Shown here piece by piece: positions 5,924-15,466 of a stretch of DNA of 26,618 bases (the stretch's first letter is position 1; each line of letters begins with the position of its first letter). Made by a program: the position numbers and the translations under genes. A model generated the notes under the pieces. It was given only the letters and a program-made list of their open reading frames with translations. It made no database searches and was not told where the DNA came from. Source of the DNA: a virus; the IMG/VR virus record IMGVR_UViG_3300022552_000376; one strand, given 5' to 3'.

Positions 5924-6877
5924 ATGGAAATGGAGAAAGATGCAACACTTCTCACAAAGTATCGTCCAACAAGTTTAGATGAAATCAAGGGACAGGATAG
6001 AGTGGTGAGGTTGTTGAAGTCAATTTCCTCAATTCATTCAGCACCACACTTTCTCTTTGTTGGAAGGAGTGGAGTAGGAAAAACAGCAACGGCATACGCA
6101 TTCGCTTCTTGGCTTGGCGTTGAAGTAGTGGAGATGAATTCAAGTGATGAGAGGGGGATTGACACTGTGCGTGAGAAGATTAAGACAATTCTGTTTTCAG
6201 CATCACCAAAGATTTTGTTGTTGGATGAGGCTGACCAGATGACCAAAGATGCACAGTTTGCATTAAGGCGGTTAAGTGAGATTGTAATTCAGAAGAACAT
6301 GCCAACTCGCATCATAATGACAGCAAACTATGAGTATAGGATTATCACAGCAATCAAATCACGATTTGCAGTGCTCCGCTTCTCACCACTGAAGGAGGAG
6401 ACAATTGCAGAAATTGTGAAAGATGTGATGAAGAATGAGAACATCAGAAATGATGAAAGGATTGTGCAGTTGATAGCAAAGGTATCAAAGGGAGATGCAA
6501 GAAGTGCGTTGAACTATGTTGAGATGCTGAAGAGGATGGACTATGAGGCGTTTGTTTCATATATAGCAGAGGAGGCAACAAGGGTTTCGCTGGCGAAAGA
6601 GGTGTTGGATGCTTGTGTTGATGGAAACTGGCAGAAGGCATACTTCACACTCAAATCACTGTTTTACACACATCAAGCAGATGGAAGGAGAGTTGTTGAA
6701 GTGCTATTTGATGCAATTGAAGATTTGGAGATTTCACCATACGAGAAACTTCTGATTTACAGGTCGCTGGCATTCGCAGAGCAAGGAATTAATGCAGAGT
6801 GCAACCCACTTGTTCAACTTTCTGCATTTGTTGCTGACACAATTAGAATACTCCATCATTCTGATATGGTGAAGTAA
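5924..6877 (+). CDS. rfcS: Replication factor C small subunit (clamp loader)
   Basis: KYRPTSLDEIKGQ, Walker A GRSGVGKT, EMNSSDERGID, Walker B LLDEAD, AQFALRR, SR arginine finger, C-terminal collar helices. Confidence 0.92.
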   Translation: MEMEKDATLLTKYRPTSLDEIKGQDRVVRLLKSISSIHSAPHFLFVGRSGVGKTATAYAFASWLGVEVVEMNSSDERGIDTVREKIKTILFSASPKILLLDEADQMTKDAQFALRRLSEIVIQKNMPTRIIMTANYEYRIITAIKSRFAVLRFSPLKEETIAEIVKDVMKNENIRNDERIVQLIAKVSKGDARSALNYVEMLKRMDYEAFVSYIAEEATRVSLAKEVLDACVDGNWQKAYFTLKSLFYTHQADGRRVVEVLFDAIEDLEISPYEKLLIYRSLAFAEQGINAECNPLVQLSAFVADTIRILHHSDMVK

Positions 6878-6878
6878 A

Positions 6879-7574
6879 ATGGATGCACAAAAGATTTTCC
6901 CAATCTCATTTTCAGACATTTACAGGTATTTGAAATGCCCATTCTCACTACTCTTGAGGAAGCAGAGAGCACCAAAAATTGAGACAATCTCACCGAAGCA
7001 CATAAAGAGAGGTGAAATTGTGCATGAGATTGTAGCACAGTATTATCGCAAGTTACTTGGTAATGATGTTGTTTATGAGAGAAGAAAAGAGCCGTTTCAG
7101 GTGCTGATGCAAATTAGTGGAACAAATGAGTATGAGCGATTTTTCAAGAACTTTCTGAAGTTTGAGGAGAGAAGAATTCAGAGAGGGTGGGAAATTGTTG
7201 AAGTTGAGCAGGAGCATATGACACAGTATTTCAGAGGAATTTGTGATGCAGTATTCTGTGATGAAAGAGGGAGGAGAATTGTGCTTGACTGGAAGGTTTC
7301 ATCATATTTCAACAAAAATTATGAGATGCAAGGAGCAATCTACAAGCATATAGCAAGTGCTGACACAGTTATTTTCCTTTTGCTTGGCAGTGGTCGTGAA
7401 ATTGTTGTAAATGTAAAGGAAGCAGAGAGAAAACTTCAAGAGATTGTGAGAAGGATGTTGGAAGGAAAATTTGAGAGGAATGAGGATGAGAAAGTATGTA
7501 GTGAATGCGAATATTCAGTATTTTGCCTTCAGCAGAAGTATTGGAACTGCTTTGAGGAAGTGATGTGGAGATGA
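6879..7574 (+). CDS. Cas4-like/AddB-type PD-(D/E)XK exonuclease with 4-Cys Fe-S cluster
   Basis: SFSDIYRYLKCP, G-x3-H, RGICDAV, LDWK, QGAIY, C-terminal CSECEYSVFC. Confidence 0.85.
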   Translation: MDAQKIFPISFSDIYRYLKCPFSLLLRKQRAPKIETISPKHIKRGEIVHEIVAQYYRKLLGNDVVYERRKEPFQVLMQISGTNEYERFFKNFLKFEERRIQRGWEIVEVEQEHMTQYFRGICDAVFCDERGRRIVLDWKVSSYFNKNYEMQGAIYKHIASADTVIFLLLGSGREIVVNVKEAERKLQEIVRRMLEGKFERNEDEKVCSECEYSVFCLQQKYWNCFEEVMWR

Positions 7575-8251
7575 GGATTGAGGAAGTGCGAGAAGAGGTG
7601 AAGAGAGCAGTTAAAAGAAGGGAGCCAATTCTGCTTTACGGAAAGTCAGGAGTGGGAAAGACATCAGTGGTGTATGATGTTGCTCACGAGTTAAATATGA
7701 GTGTAAGTGAAATCAACTCATCACTCTGTCGTGATACAAGTATTGTTCAGCTGATAAAAGTGCAACTACAGAATGGAACACTGACACCAACAATTCTCCT
7801 ACTTGATGAGGTGGATGGATTTACTCATATTAAAGAATTGTGTAAAGCACTCAAAGCAAGTGTGAAAGTGCCTGTCGTGCTAACTGCAAACGAATTCTCA
7901 CGAAAGATGGAGTGTATGAAGGGAATTGCAAGGGTGATATATGTGACAGAGCCAGAGTTTGCAGATGTTGGATTTGTTCATATCAAGGACTTCAGACAGG
8001 CAGAGTTGGTGAAGAGAGGAATAAGTGATGGATACTTTGATTTGAGTGAGGAGGAAGAGTTTGAGAAGGCACTACTCACTGGTGATTTTACTATGCTTGG
8101 ATACTCAAATGAAGTTGCAGAGAAGTTACTTGATGCATCAGCACAACACCTTCAAGGATTTTATGCACTTGCATTTGCTATTGCTTTGAAAGTCTGTGAT
8201 GATGTAAAGGATTTGAGAGTATTGAATGGTATGAAAGTCAAGAGGAGGTGA
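7565..8251 (+). CDS. rfcL: Short RFC-large-subunit-like AAA+ ATPase
   Basis: LLYGKSGVGKTS, EINSS, LLLDEVDG, VVLTAN; adjacent to rfcS; only 228 aa. Confidence 0.7.
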   Translation: MEMRIEEVREEVKRAVKRREPILLYGKSGVGKTSVVYDVAHELNMSVSEINSSLCRDTSIVQLIKVQLQNGTLTPTILLLDEVDGFTHIKELCKALKASVKVPVVLTANEFSRKMECMKGIARVIYVTEPEFADVGFVHIKDFRQAELVKRGISDGYFDLSEEEEFEKALLTGDFTMLGYSNEVAEKLLDASAQHLQGFYALAFAIALKVCDDVKDLRVLNGMKVKRR

Positions 8252-8258
8252 GATAATA

Positions 8259-9095
8259 ATGGATGTTGAGGAGAGGTTGAAGGGGTTGGCGACACAGTTT
8301 AACATGGATGTTGAAAGAGTGCAAGGGATTTTCAATAGACATATGCAGAACGAGAGGGTTATGAAATATGATGGAGAGAAGAGAGTGAAGATAGCACTAC
8401 TTTTCACACGGCAAGAGTTGATGAAACTGAAGGCGAGTATAACAGTCAATTTCATTCCGATTGGTGTTTTTGTGGAAAGGCAGTATGGCACAGATATGCT
8501 TGGATTTATACTGAAAAGTAATGAAGGAACAAGTGTTGAACCGTTTGTGTTAAGAATTCCAGCAAAATATCAGAAATTTGTTGATGATGCCGAATTCTTT
8601 GCAGTATATTCTCTCTCATATAGGGATGACGGAAGGAGCAACATTTATACATCTGCTGAATTTCTGAAGGCAACGAACATAACGGATGAAATTTCTTTTA
8701 TCAAGAAATTCTGGAATGTTGTGGAGTTGAATGGATTGAGGGAGGGAGTAAGCAAACAGAAGAGGTGCGAAGAAGAAGGAAAGCAAATACCAGACCCTTT
8801 AAGGAAACTTTTCCTTTTTGCAGGTATTGTGGAAAGGAAGCGAAGAGGGACAAGTAAGAAAGGGACACAGTATGTAGTTGTTGAGGTGAGCGATGAAACA
8901 CTACCAGTGAGGGAGGAGCTGTATCAAGATGAGGAGGGAAATCCTGTCGTGATGACACCAAACATAAGCGTTTGGCTCCATCATAGGTTTGATGTTATGA
9001 ATGAGGGAGATGTGTGTATGTTTCTTGGAACACTTCAACGAGGAAATGATGCAAAGTTATTTGCAAATGCCTGTAATGTGTGGATAATTGAATAA
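8259..9095 (+). CDS. OB-fold ssDNA-binding protein (RPA-like)
   Basis: Helical N-terminus, then beta-rich OB-like segments (YVVVEVSDET ... ISVW ... EGDVCMFLG); replication-gene context. Confidence 0.55.
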   Translation: MDVEERLKGLATQFNMDVERVQGIFNRHMQNERVMKYDGEKRVKIALLFTRQELMKLKASITVNFIPIGVFVERQYGTDMLGFILKSNEGTSVEPFVLRIPAKYQKFVDDAEFFAVYSLSYRDDGRSNIYTSAEFLKATNITDEISFIKKFWNVVELNGLREGVSKQKRCEEEGKQIPDPLRKLFLFAGIVERKRRGTSKKGTQYVVVEVSDETLPVREELYQDEEGNPVVMTPNISVWLHHRFDVMNEGDVCMFLGTLQRGNDAKLFANACNVWIIE

Positions 9096-9113
9096 GTGGG
9101 AGGTGATGTTATA

Positions 9114-10169
9114 ATGGCAGATTTGGATGAAATGATTAAGGATTTGCTTGGTGAGAAGGGTGAGAAGAGGGAAGAGGAGAGCGAGGAGAAAGAGGAAGGC
9201 AGAGAGGAGAATGTAGTGAAGGAAGAGGTGGTGGAGAGTAGTATTCAGAGTGTTCAGAGGGAACAGGAGCAGAAGGAAATTCCTCCTCAAGTTACCTCTC
9301 CTTCGTTATCTCACTCTTTAGTCATAGAAGCTGGGCAAGTGGAACAGAGAGGAGAGAGTGGGCAAAGGGTTTTGAATATTGCAGGTTATGATATTGAACT
9401 TGATGAGGACACACAAAAGTTAGTGTTTTTAATAGCAGGAGAGAAAGGAGCTGGAAAGACAACTTTGGCATTTGCTTTTGATGGAGTGAAACTATGCATT
9501 CCATTTGACACCAAGTCCTTTGTTGTGAAGAGGACACTCTACAACAACGACAACAACATAATTATTGCTTCCTGTCTGAAATATCTTGCGGACGCAATTG
9601 TATTTGACCAGATAACAGAGGCATCAGCACGATTTTATGATTGTGTAACGAAGTTACTTGAGCACATTCTTCAGAATAATTCAGAGTTTCAGGGAAGGAA
9701 GATTGACTGGATAATACTTGATAATTTTGAGAACTTTTCAAGAATTGCAGAATATACAGCACGCTTTCACAACAAACTTCAGGCGTTTGACACACCACAG
9801 AAGGACATCTTTTTCAAAATCTGGGGAGAGCGAAACTGGTATATTCGCAACATTTTCAATCTTACATATCACATCGCAAGGAAAGGCGTGATATACACAG
9901 TGTATTTAACGGAGAGAGAGGAGATTGTGAATGGAGAGGTGCGACAGAAGAGGAAAGAGCCTGCGTGGGTAGATGCTGTGAAGTATGAGACAGATATTGC
10001 GTTGAAGGTTGAGAGAAAGGAGAGGAGATACTTGGTGGAGGTGCTGACTTCAAAGTATGACAACATCATTCCAAATGATGCGATAATTGATGTGACAGAT
10101 GTCTTCAAGACAGGGTTTTTCACAGTGCTTCAGGACAAGTCAAGGGTGGTGCTTCCAAAGATTTTGTGA
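9114..10169 (+). CDS. AAA_24/Sak4-like RecA-fold ATPase
   Basis: Walker A AGEKGAGKTT, Walker B WIILDNFE; acidic disordered N-terminus; SD GGAGGTGA at 9099-9106. Confidence 0.7.
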   Translation: MADLDEMIKDLLGEKGEKREEESEEKEEGREENVVKEEVVESSIQSVQREQEQKEIPPQVTSPSLSHSLVIEAGQVEQRGESGQRVLNIAGYDIELDEDTQKLVFLIAGEKGAGKTTLAFAFDGVKLCIPFDTKSFVVKRTLYNNDNNIIIASCLKYLADAIVFDQITEASARFYDCVTKLLEHILQNNSEFQGRKIDWIILDNFENFSRIAEYTARFHNKLQAFDTPQKDIFFKIWGERNWYIRNIFNLTYHIARKGVIYTVYLTEREEIVNGEVRQKRKEPAWVDAVKYETDIALKVERKERRYLVEVLTSKYDNIIPNDAIIDVTDVFKTGFFTVLQDKSRVVLPKIL

Positions 10170-10184
10170 GGAGGTGTAGAAAAA

Positions 10185-11186
10185 ATGATGAACACTGACC
10201 TCCTCTTTTATCCATTTTTTCCACGAGAGATTGGTATTCCCTCTAACTCTTACTTTCAGAGAAGGACTTGCACAACTTCAGAATTCTTTGAAGGGATTGA
10301 CAAAGCAAGGTGGAGTAAGAAGCAAATATATGCTGGAGTTTATGCACTTGATAATGAGAAAGTTGTGATTGACAGAATAGCATTTGATATTGATGCTCCA
10401 TCACTCATAACAGCAAAGAAAGTTGCACTGAAACTCTGTTCAATTCTTAATGATTTGGATTTGCAACCTGTTATTGTGTTCAGTGGAAGGAAGGGATTTC
10501 ATGTTTATGCTTTTCTCACTGCAAAGGAAATGAACAAGGCGTTTGCGAGATGCATAACAAGGTTATTGTGCTTGGAACTCACAAAGGAACTTCCTGAAAA
10601 AAAGTTTGTTGATACTCACTTCTTTGGAAATATACGGGGAATGCTTCGTGTTCCAAATACACTACATTCATCACGACACTATGCAATACCACTAACACAA
10701 GAAGAACTTATGAGGTATGATATAATGGATATAGTGAGGAGAGCAAGGTCAGTAAGAGATATTGATGGAATTGAAAGGGATGATAGAACAGTGATTGATA
10801 TTGCTGATGAGGTGCAAATACAGACAACACGACATACCAACAATAATTACTCCGTTCAGAGTGGAGAGAATGTGGGAGAAATAGGTATGGATATAATAAG
10901 AGAACTTGTGCGTGAATGTGTTATTGATGAACTACTCACAAGTTCAGAGCCTGCACACATTTTGCGATTTGACTTTGTTTCAGAGTTGATGTGTGCAGGA
11001 TTTAGTGAGGAGGATGTATTAGGGATTTTCATACGCTACTTCTCGTTTTGGGATGATTTTGATATTGAGGAAACTCGTTATCAAATTCACCACATTTTCC
11101 AGCACAAGTATCTTCCTCTTTCTTGCAGTAAGTTGCGAGAATATGTGAGATGCAGAAGATGTGGATGGTGGTATTTGTGGAGGTGA
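10185..11186 (+). CDS. priS: Archaeo-eukaryotic primase: PriS catalytic domain fused to a PriL-like C-terminal domain
   Basis: FDID (DxD), FSGRKGFHVY, LRVPNTLH; C-terminal Cys/His-containing helical domain (ECV, H-x2-RF, LSCSKL, CRRC). Confidence 0.85.
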   Translation: MMNTDLLFYPFFPREIGIPSNSYFQRRTCTTSEFFEGIDKARWSKKQIYAGVYALDNEKVVIDRIAFDIDAPSLITAKKVALKLCSILNDLDLQPVIVFSGRKGFHVYAFLTAKEMNKAFARCITRLLCLELTKELPEKKFVDTHFFGNIRGMLRVPNTLHSSRHYAIPLTQEELMRYDIMDIVRRARSVRDIDGIERDDRTVIDIADEVQIQTTRHTNNNYSVQSGENVGEIGMDIIRELVRECVIDELLTSSEPAHILRFDFVSELMCAGFSEEDVLGIFIRYFSFWDDFDIEETRYQIHHIFQHKYLPLSCSKLREYVRCRRCGWWYLWR

Positions 11187-11191
11187 GGAGG

Positions 11192-13417
11192 ATGAGAGGA
11201 TTGCTTATAACAATACACAGGTATGGAAGAAGGATTATGATGTGGATTAGGAGTGAGGATGGAAAGAAGAGGAAGGTGTATGTGGATGACTTCTTTCCAT
11301 ACTTTTATGTTCAAGATGCAAGTGGTGAATACAAGAGTTTGTTTGGTGAGAAGGTGAGAAGGATTGTGGTGGATGACCCTTCAGAAGTGCCAAAGGAGCG
11401 AGAGAAGTATGGAAAAACATATGAGGCGGACATTCCATTTGTGCGAAGATTTCTAATTGATACAGGCATCAAATCAGGATTGGAGTTTCCACAATTTGGC
11501 ACGGTAAGTTGGAAAGAGATTAAACCTGTTGAAGTAAATATTGAGCCTGTGGTATTGTATTTGGATATTGAGGTTGTTTCAGAGAAGTTTATTGAGCCAG
11601 AGAAGGCAACAGAGCCGATTGTTGCACTCTCATTCACAACAAACAAAACAGATGTGATTTACACACTCACAGTGAAGTTTGAAAAGGAAGTGAATGAGAG
11701 GAATTGGAAAGTAATCTCCTTTCCAACAGAGGAGATGCTCCTGAAATTCTTTGTTCAGATGTTGTGGAAACTAAAGCCTGATATTTTGACAGGATGGAAC
11801 ATCATAAAATATGATTATCCATACTTATTGAAGCGGTTTGAGCATAATGAAATTTATCTTGATACATCCTCTTTTGAGGTGTTTGACTTATATGAGGCAT
11901 ACAGGAAACTTTATCACCAACCCTCATATCATCTGAAGCGAATAGTTGAGTTTGAGTTTGGAGAGAAGCGAGAGAGTTTCGCTGATGTCAGGCACTTATG
12001 GGAGAAGGACAGACAAAGATTTCTTGAATACAATCGTGATGATGTGAGAGATGTGAAGAGGATTGATGAGAAGCATAATATCATCAAATTCTTCCATACA
12101 CTAAAGACAGCTGTGGGAGTTGAGGAACTTGATGGGTGTTTCTCATATTCACGGTTAATTGATACACAACTTTTAAGGATTGCTCGTGGGATGAATGTTG
12201 TGCTTCCGACAAAGACAGACAAAAATAAACGAGAGAAGTATGAGGGAGCAATTGTAGATGTCTGTGGAAAAGGCATATACAGGAATGTCGCTGTCTTTGA
12301 TTTCTCACGGTATTATCCCAATATTATTCACACTTTTTTCCTCTCACCAGAGAACCTTATTGTGGGTGATGAGAAAAGTGTGATAGAGATTGATACAGGG
12401 AGGCGAAAGGTGAGGGTGAGAAAGCGAAAAGGAATTGCACAGCACTTGCTTTCACTGTTCTTCAGAATGAGAGATGAAATTGAGGAGGAAATGCGAAAAG
12501 TTCCTGTTGGAAGTGAGGAATATCACTCGTTGGACCTGCGGAAACAGGCAATAAAAGGATTGACAAATGCTGTGTATGGTGTTTTTGGCTTCAGTGGCTT
12601 TCGCTTGTTCAGAGTGGAACTTGCGGAAGCAATTACAGCACTTGGAAGAGAGGGAATAACAGTTGCAAAGGAGATTGCATCAAGACACGGTTACAGAGTT
12701 GTGCTTTCTGATACAGACAGTATCTATGTGCAGTTACCATTTGAGAGAGTTTCAGAGTTTCAGGAAGTATTGAATAACGAAATTGCAAGGTATTTCAGAA
12801 CAAAATATGGTATTGATGATGTTGAACTCAAACTAAAGTTTGAGAAGTATGTGGATAAGATTTTGCTCACAGGAGTGAAGAAGCGATATGCGATGAGAGT
12901 TATATATGAGGGAGGTGAGTGTGATTATATGGTAGTGAGAGGATTTGAGAATGTGAGAACTGACTACTCACTCTTCACTCGTGAGATGATGGATGAGTTG
13001 TTCAGAATGATATTGTATGAAGGAAATTCAAGAGAGAGGTTACTTGAATTTCTGGAGAGAAAGAGGAAGGAGATGAAAGAGCGAGATATAGCAGAGATTG
13101 CTATTCCGAAGGGAATTCGCAAACCGTTAGAACAGTATAATGCAACCACTCCTCCTCATATCAGAGGTGCAATATATGCGAACAAGTATTTGGGGGCAAA
13201 TTTCACAGTTGGAGACAAAGTGCTAATGCTGTATGTGAAGGGTATAAGAGGATTTCCACCGACAGATGTCCTTGTTTTTAATGAGGAAATACCAATTGAT
13301 GAAGTTGAAATTGACTGGAAGAGGATGGAGGAGGTGAATATTTTGAAGAGAGTTGAGCCTATTCTGGATGCTCTTGGCATTTCTCTTTCCTCTTTTTCAC
13401 AGTCCAAACTCTTCTGA
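11192..13417 (+). CDS. polB: Family B DNA polymerase (RNA-primed type) with 3'-5' exonuclease
   Basis: Exo I YLDIEV, Exo II GWNIIKYD, Exo III YNRDDV; polymerase motifs DFSRYYPNII, KGLTNAVYG, SDTDS, KKRY. SD GGAGGTGA favours ATG 11192. Confidence 0.96.
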   Translation: MRGLLITIHRYGRRIMMWIRSEDGKKRKVYVDDFFPYFYVQDASGEYKSLFGEKVRRIVVDDPSEVPKEREKYGKTYEADIPFVRRFLIDTGIKSGLEFPQFGTVSWKEIKPVEVNIEPVVLYLDIEVVSEKFIEPEKATEPIVALSFTTNKTDVIYTLTVKFEKEVNERNWKVISFPTEEMLLKFFVQMLWKLKPDILTGWNIIKYDYPYLLKRFEHNEIYLDTSSFEVFDLYEAYRKLYHQPSYHLKRIVEFEFGEKRESFADVRHLWEKDRQRFLEYNRDDVRDVKRIDEKHNIIKFFHTLKTAVGVEELDGCFSYSRLIDTQLLRIARGMNVVLPTKTDKNKREKYEGAIVDVCGKGIYRNVAVFDFSRYYPNIIHTFFLSPENLIVGDEKSVIEIDTGRRKVRVRKRKGIAQHLLSLFFRMRDEIEEEMRKVPVGSEEYHSLDLRKQAIKGLTNAVYGVFGFSGFRLFRVELAEAITALGREGITVAKEIASRHGYRVVLSDTDSIYVQLPFERVSEFQEVLNNEIARYFRTKYGIDDVELKLKFEKYVDKILLTGVKKRYAMRVIYEGGECDYMVVRGFENVRTDYSLFTREMMDELFRMILYEGNSRERLLEFLERKRKEMKERDIAEIAIPKGIRKPLEQYNATTPPHIRGAIYANKYLGANFTVGDKVLMLYVKGIRGFPPTDVLVFNEEIPIDEVEIDWKRMEEVNILKRVEPILDALGISLSSFSQSKLF

Positions 13418-13436
13418 AAGGAGGTGAGAAAGGAGA

Positions 13437-14318
13437 ATGGAGGAGATGGAGGAGAGAGTTGAGGAAATGAACGAGAGTATGGAAGAAATGAGTGGAGAGG
13501 GGGTAGTAGTTGAGGAAGAGAAGAGTGAAGAAGTGAAAGAGGAGAAGGAGAGAGTGCCAGTGATTGAGTTTGACATCGCAAGAGATGCTCTATTGGAGTT
13601 CATAAACCTTGCAAGTGCAGGCGGTTTGCTTGATGAAATCTCCTTCACTGCTTCGGAGAAGGGACTTGTAGCGGTGAATGTTGACCCTGCGAATGTTATG
13701 TTGAGTGCAGTAGTGTTTTCAGCGGACTTTCTGCTTAAAGCACCAAAAACAAAACGAGAGAATTTGTGGATAGAAGCGGACAGAGTTAGCAAGTTGCTCA
13801 CGCACATGGAGAAGGATGATATTCATGTAAAAATCACAAAGGAGAAATTTGAGATGAAGTCAGCAACAAAGAAAATAGTTGCACCACTACTTGCAAGAGA
13901 AGGGAGGAAGGACATCTCAAAGATTGTTGAAATTTCAGATGATTTGAAAATTGTGCCAAAGTTTGAATACAACTATAACTATGAGCTGGAAGTGTCAGAA
14001 TTGTTGAATGCACTGATGATAAAGGATGCAGATATTGTCTTTCAGTGCTACAAGAATGGTGTGAGCATAACGCAGTATGATGTTGAAGGAGAGTATGAGA
14101 CAACAACACTTCTCAAATTTGCAGAGGAAGGAGAGACGGAGTGCAAAGTCATTCTCTCATATGAATATCTGCGAAAAATTCTTTCAGTATGCGATAAGAG
14201 CAATTATGTTCTGTGCAAGTTCTCAAAGGAAGTGAAACCTGCTCTGCTTCAGTATGCAAGTCCAAACGGATGTGATGCAGTATTCATAATTGCACCGAGA
14301 ATTGAGGGGAACTTCTAA
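13437..14318 (+). CDS. pcn: PCNA sliding clamp with acidic N-terminal extension
   Basis: DEISF..SEKGL..VDPANVM, YLRKIL, C-terminal FIIAPRIE. Confidence 0.9.
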   Translation: MEEMEERVEEMNESMEEMSGEGVVVEEEKSEEVKEEKERVPVIEFDIARDALLEFINLASAGGLLDEISFTASEKGLVAVNVDPANVMLSAVVFSADFLLKAPKTKRENLWIEADRVSKLLTHMEKDDIHVKITKEKFEMKSATKKIVAPLLAREGRKDISKIVEISDDLKIVPKFEYNYNYELEVSELLNALMIKDADIVFQCYKNGVSITQYDVEGEYETTTLLKFAEEGETECKVILSYEYLRKILSVCDKSNYVLCKFSKEVKPALLQYASPNGCDAVFIIAPRIEGNF

Positions 14319-14342
14319 TTTCTCTCCTCTCCTTTTATTTTT
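14319..14342 (+). terminator. Pyrimidine-rich intergenic tract, putative terminator
   Basis: TTTCTCTCCTCTCCTTTTATTTTT right after the PCNA stop. Confidence 0.55.
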
Positions 14343-14359
14343 GCTTAAGGTGAGGAGAA

Positions 14360-14653
14360 ATGCCACGAAAGGTGTTTGGAAGTTTAGATGAATTCAAGCG
14401 ATGGGTTGGAGAGGTGGCAACACCAGAACGCTTCACTTTCAATATCACAGAGGAAGGAGAGATTATAGCAGAGCCAACAAAGACAACACGACCACTTGTT
14501 TATGCATACATTCGCATTACAGATGCAAAGAAAGTGGAAGAGATGGAGAAGATGTTGAAGGAGGCTGGATTTCAAGTGTGGAAACTGAAGGCGTATGAAT
14601 GGGACACGGAGAAGGCAGTGGGTGTGAAAGTGAGAGTGGAAGAGGAGGTGTGA
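14360..14653 (+). CDS. Hypothetical protein (97 aa)
   Basis: SD AGGTGAGG upstream; clean ORF. Confidence 0.75.
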   Translation: MPRKVFGSLDEFKRWVGEVATPERFTFNITEEGEIIAEPTKTTRPLVYAYIRITDAKKVEEMEKMLKEAGFQVWKLKAYEWDTEKAVGVKVRVEEEV

Positions 14654-14657
14654 AGAT

Positions 14658-14963
14658 GTGAAAAAGGTTGATGTGAGAAGTGTTGCGTGTGATGTTGTAG
14701 TTGTAGTGGAAGAGAAGAACAGAGAATATGGCAGTGCCTTCCAGAAGGTTAGTGAAATTCTCAATATTCTCTTTCCAAATGGCATCTCAACAAACAAATA
14801 CCACGATGTCGCAATTCTTGTCAGAGTGCTTGACAAGATTTGCAGAATTGCGAGTGCAAATGACAAGGATGTGAAGAAAGATGCATGGCTTGACATTTGT
14901 GGATATGCCTTACTGAGATTGAGTGAAGGTGATTTAAATGGAACTAAGAGTGAGAGAGTATAA
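14658..14963 (+). CDS. Nucleotide-modification-associated helical protein (DUF1599/DUF6378-like, all-alpha NTP pyrophosphatase-like)
   Basis: EKNREYG ... LDKICRI ... DAWLDICGYALL pattern. Confidence 0.65.
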   Translation: MKKVDVRSVACDVVVVVEEKNREYGSAFQKVSEILNILFPNGISTNKYHDVAILVRVLDKICRIASANDKDVKKDAWLDICGYALLRLSEGDLNGTKSERV

Positions 14964-15156
14964 GTTCAACGACGGAGAGAAGAAAGTGGAATATGTCATT
15001 CCACCAACAAATACTCCATTCTTCAGTGTTGTGTTCAGTAAGAAAGGTGAAGTGAGGATGGTAGCAATTCATCAAAGAGTGCTTGAGTATCATGAGGCGG
15101 TGGTGTTAATGTCGTTATTGTGCGGAGTGATTAAAAATGAGGAAAGGATACAGTGA
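14938..15156 (+). CDS. Hypothetical protein (72 aa)
   Basis: Overlaps both neighbours; SD-like GAAGGTGA upstream. Confidence 0.6.
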   Translation: MELRVREYKFNDGEKKVEYVIPPTNTPFFSVVFSKKGEVRMVAIHQRVLEYHEAVVLMSLLCGVIKNEERIQ

Positions 15157-15466
15157 TGAATACAGAACAAAGCAAATGCTGGTAGAGCAGTATGGAAAGG
15201 ATAATGTTATCAAAGTAGCAATTGGCTCTTTTGGTGCTGACTTTCTCATACTCAACAAAGGAAAGTTGGTGAAGGTAGTGGAGGTGAAAGGAACAAGGAA
15301 AAAAGTGTGGCATCCTCTACCAAGGGAGAAGGAGCAGTTGCGGAGAATTTTTCACTTCTCACAAATTCATGAATGTGAGGCAGAGGTGTGGATTTGGACG
15401 AAGAATAGAGGAAAGAAGGAATTAAGGATTGAGGATGTGGAGAAGTTTGTGGAGGGAGGATGCTGA
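15137..15466 (+). CDS. hjc: Hjc-like Holliday junction resolvase (PD-(D/E)XK)
   Basis: RKGYSDEY (G-x2-x-E), GADFLIL, VEVK. Confidence 0.75.
   Translation: MRKGYSDEYRTKQMLVEQYGKDNVIKVAIGSFGADFLILNKGKLVKVVEVKGTRKKVWHPLPREKEQLRRIFHFSQIHECEAEVWIWTKNRGKKELRIEDVEKFVEGGC

Noticed and set aside
6879-7574. CRISPR-Cas locus
   Set aside because: This is a solo Cas4-like nuclease with no cas1, cas2 or array.
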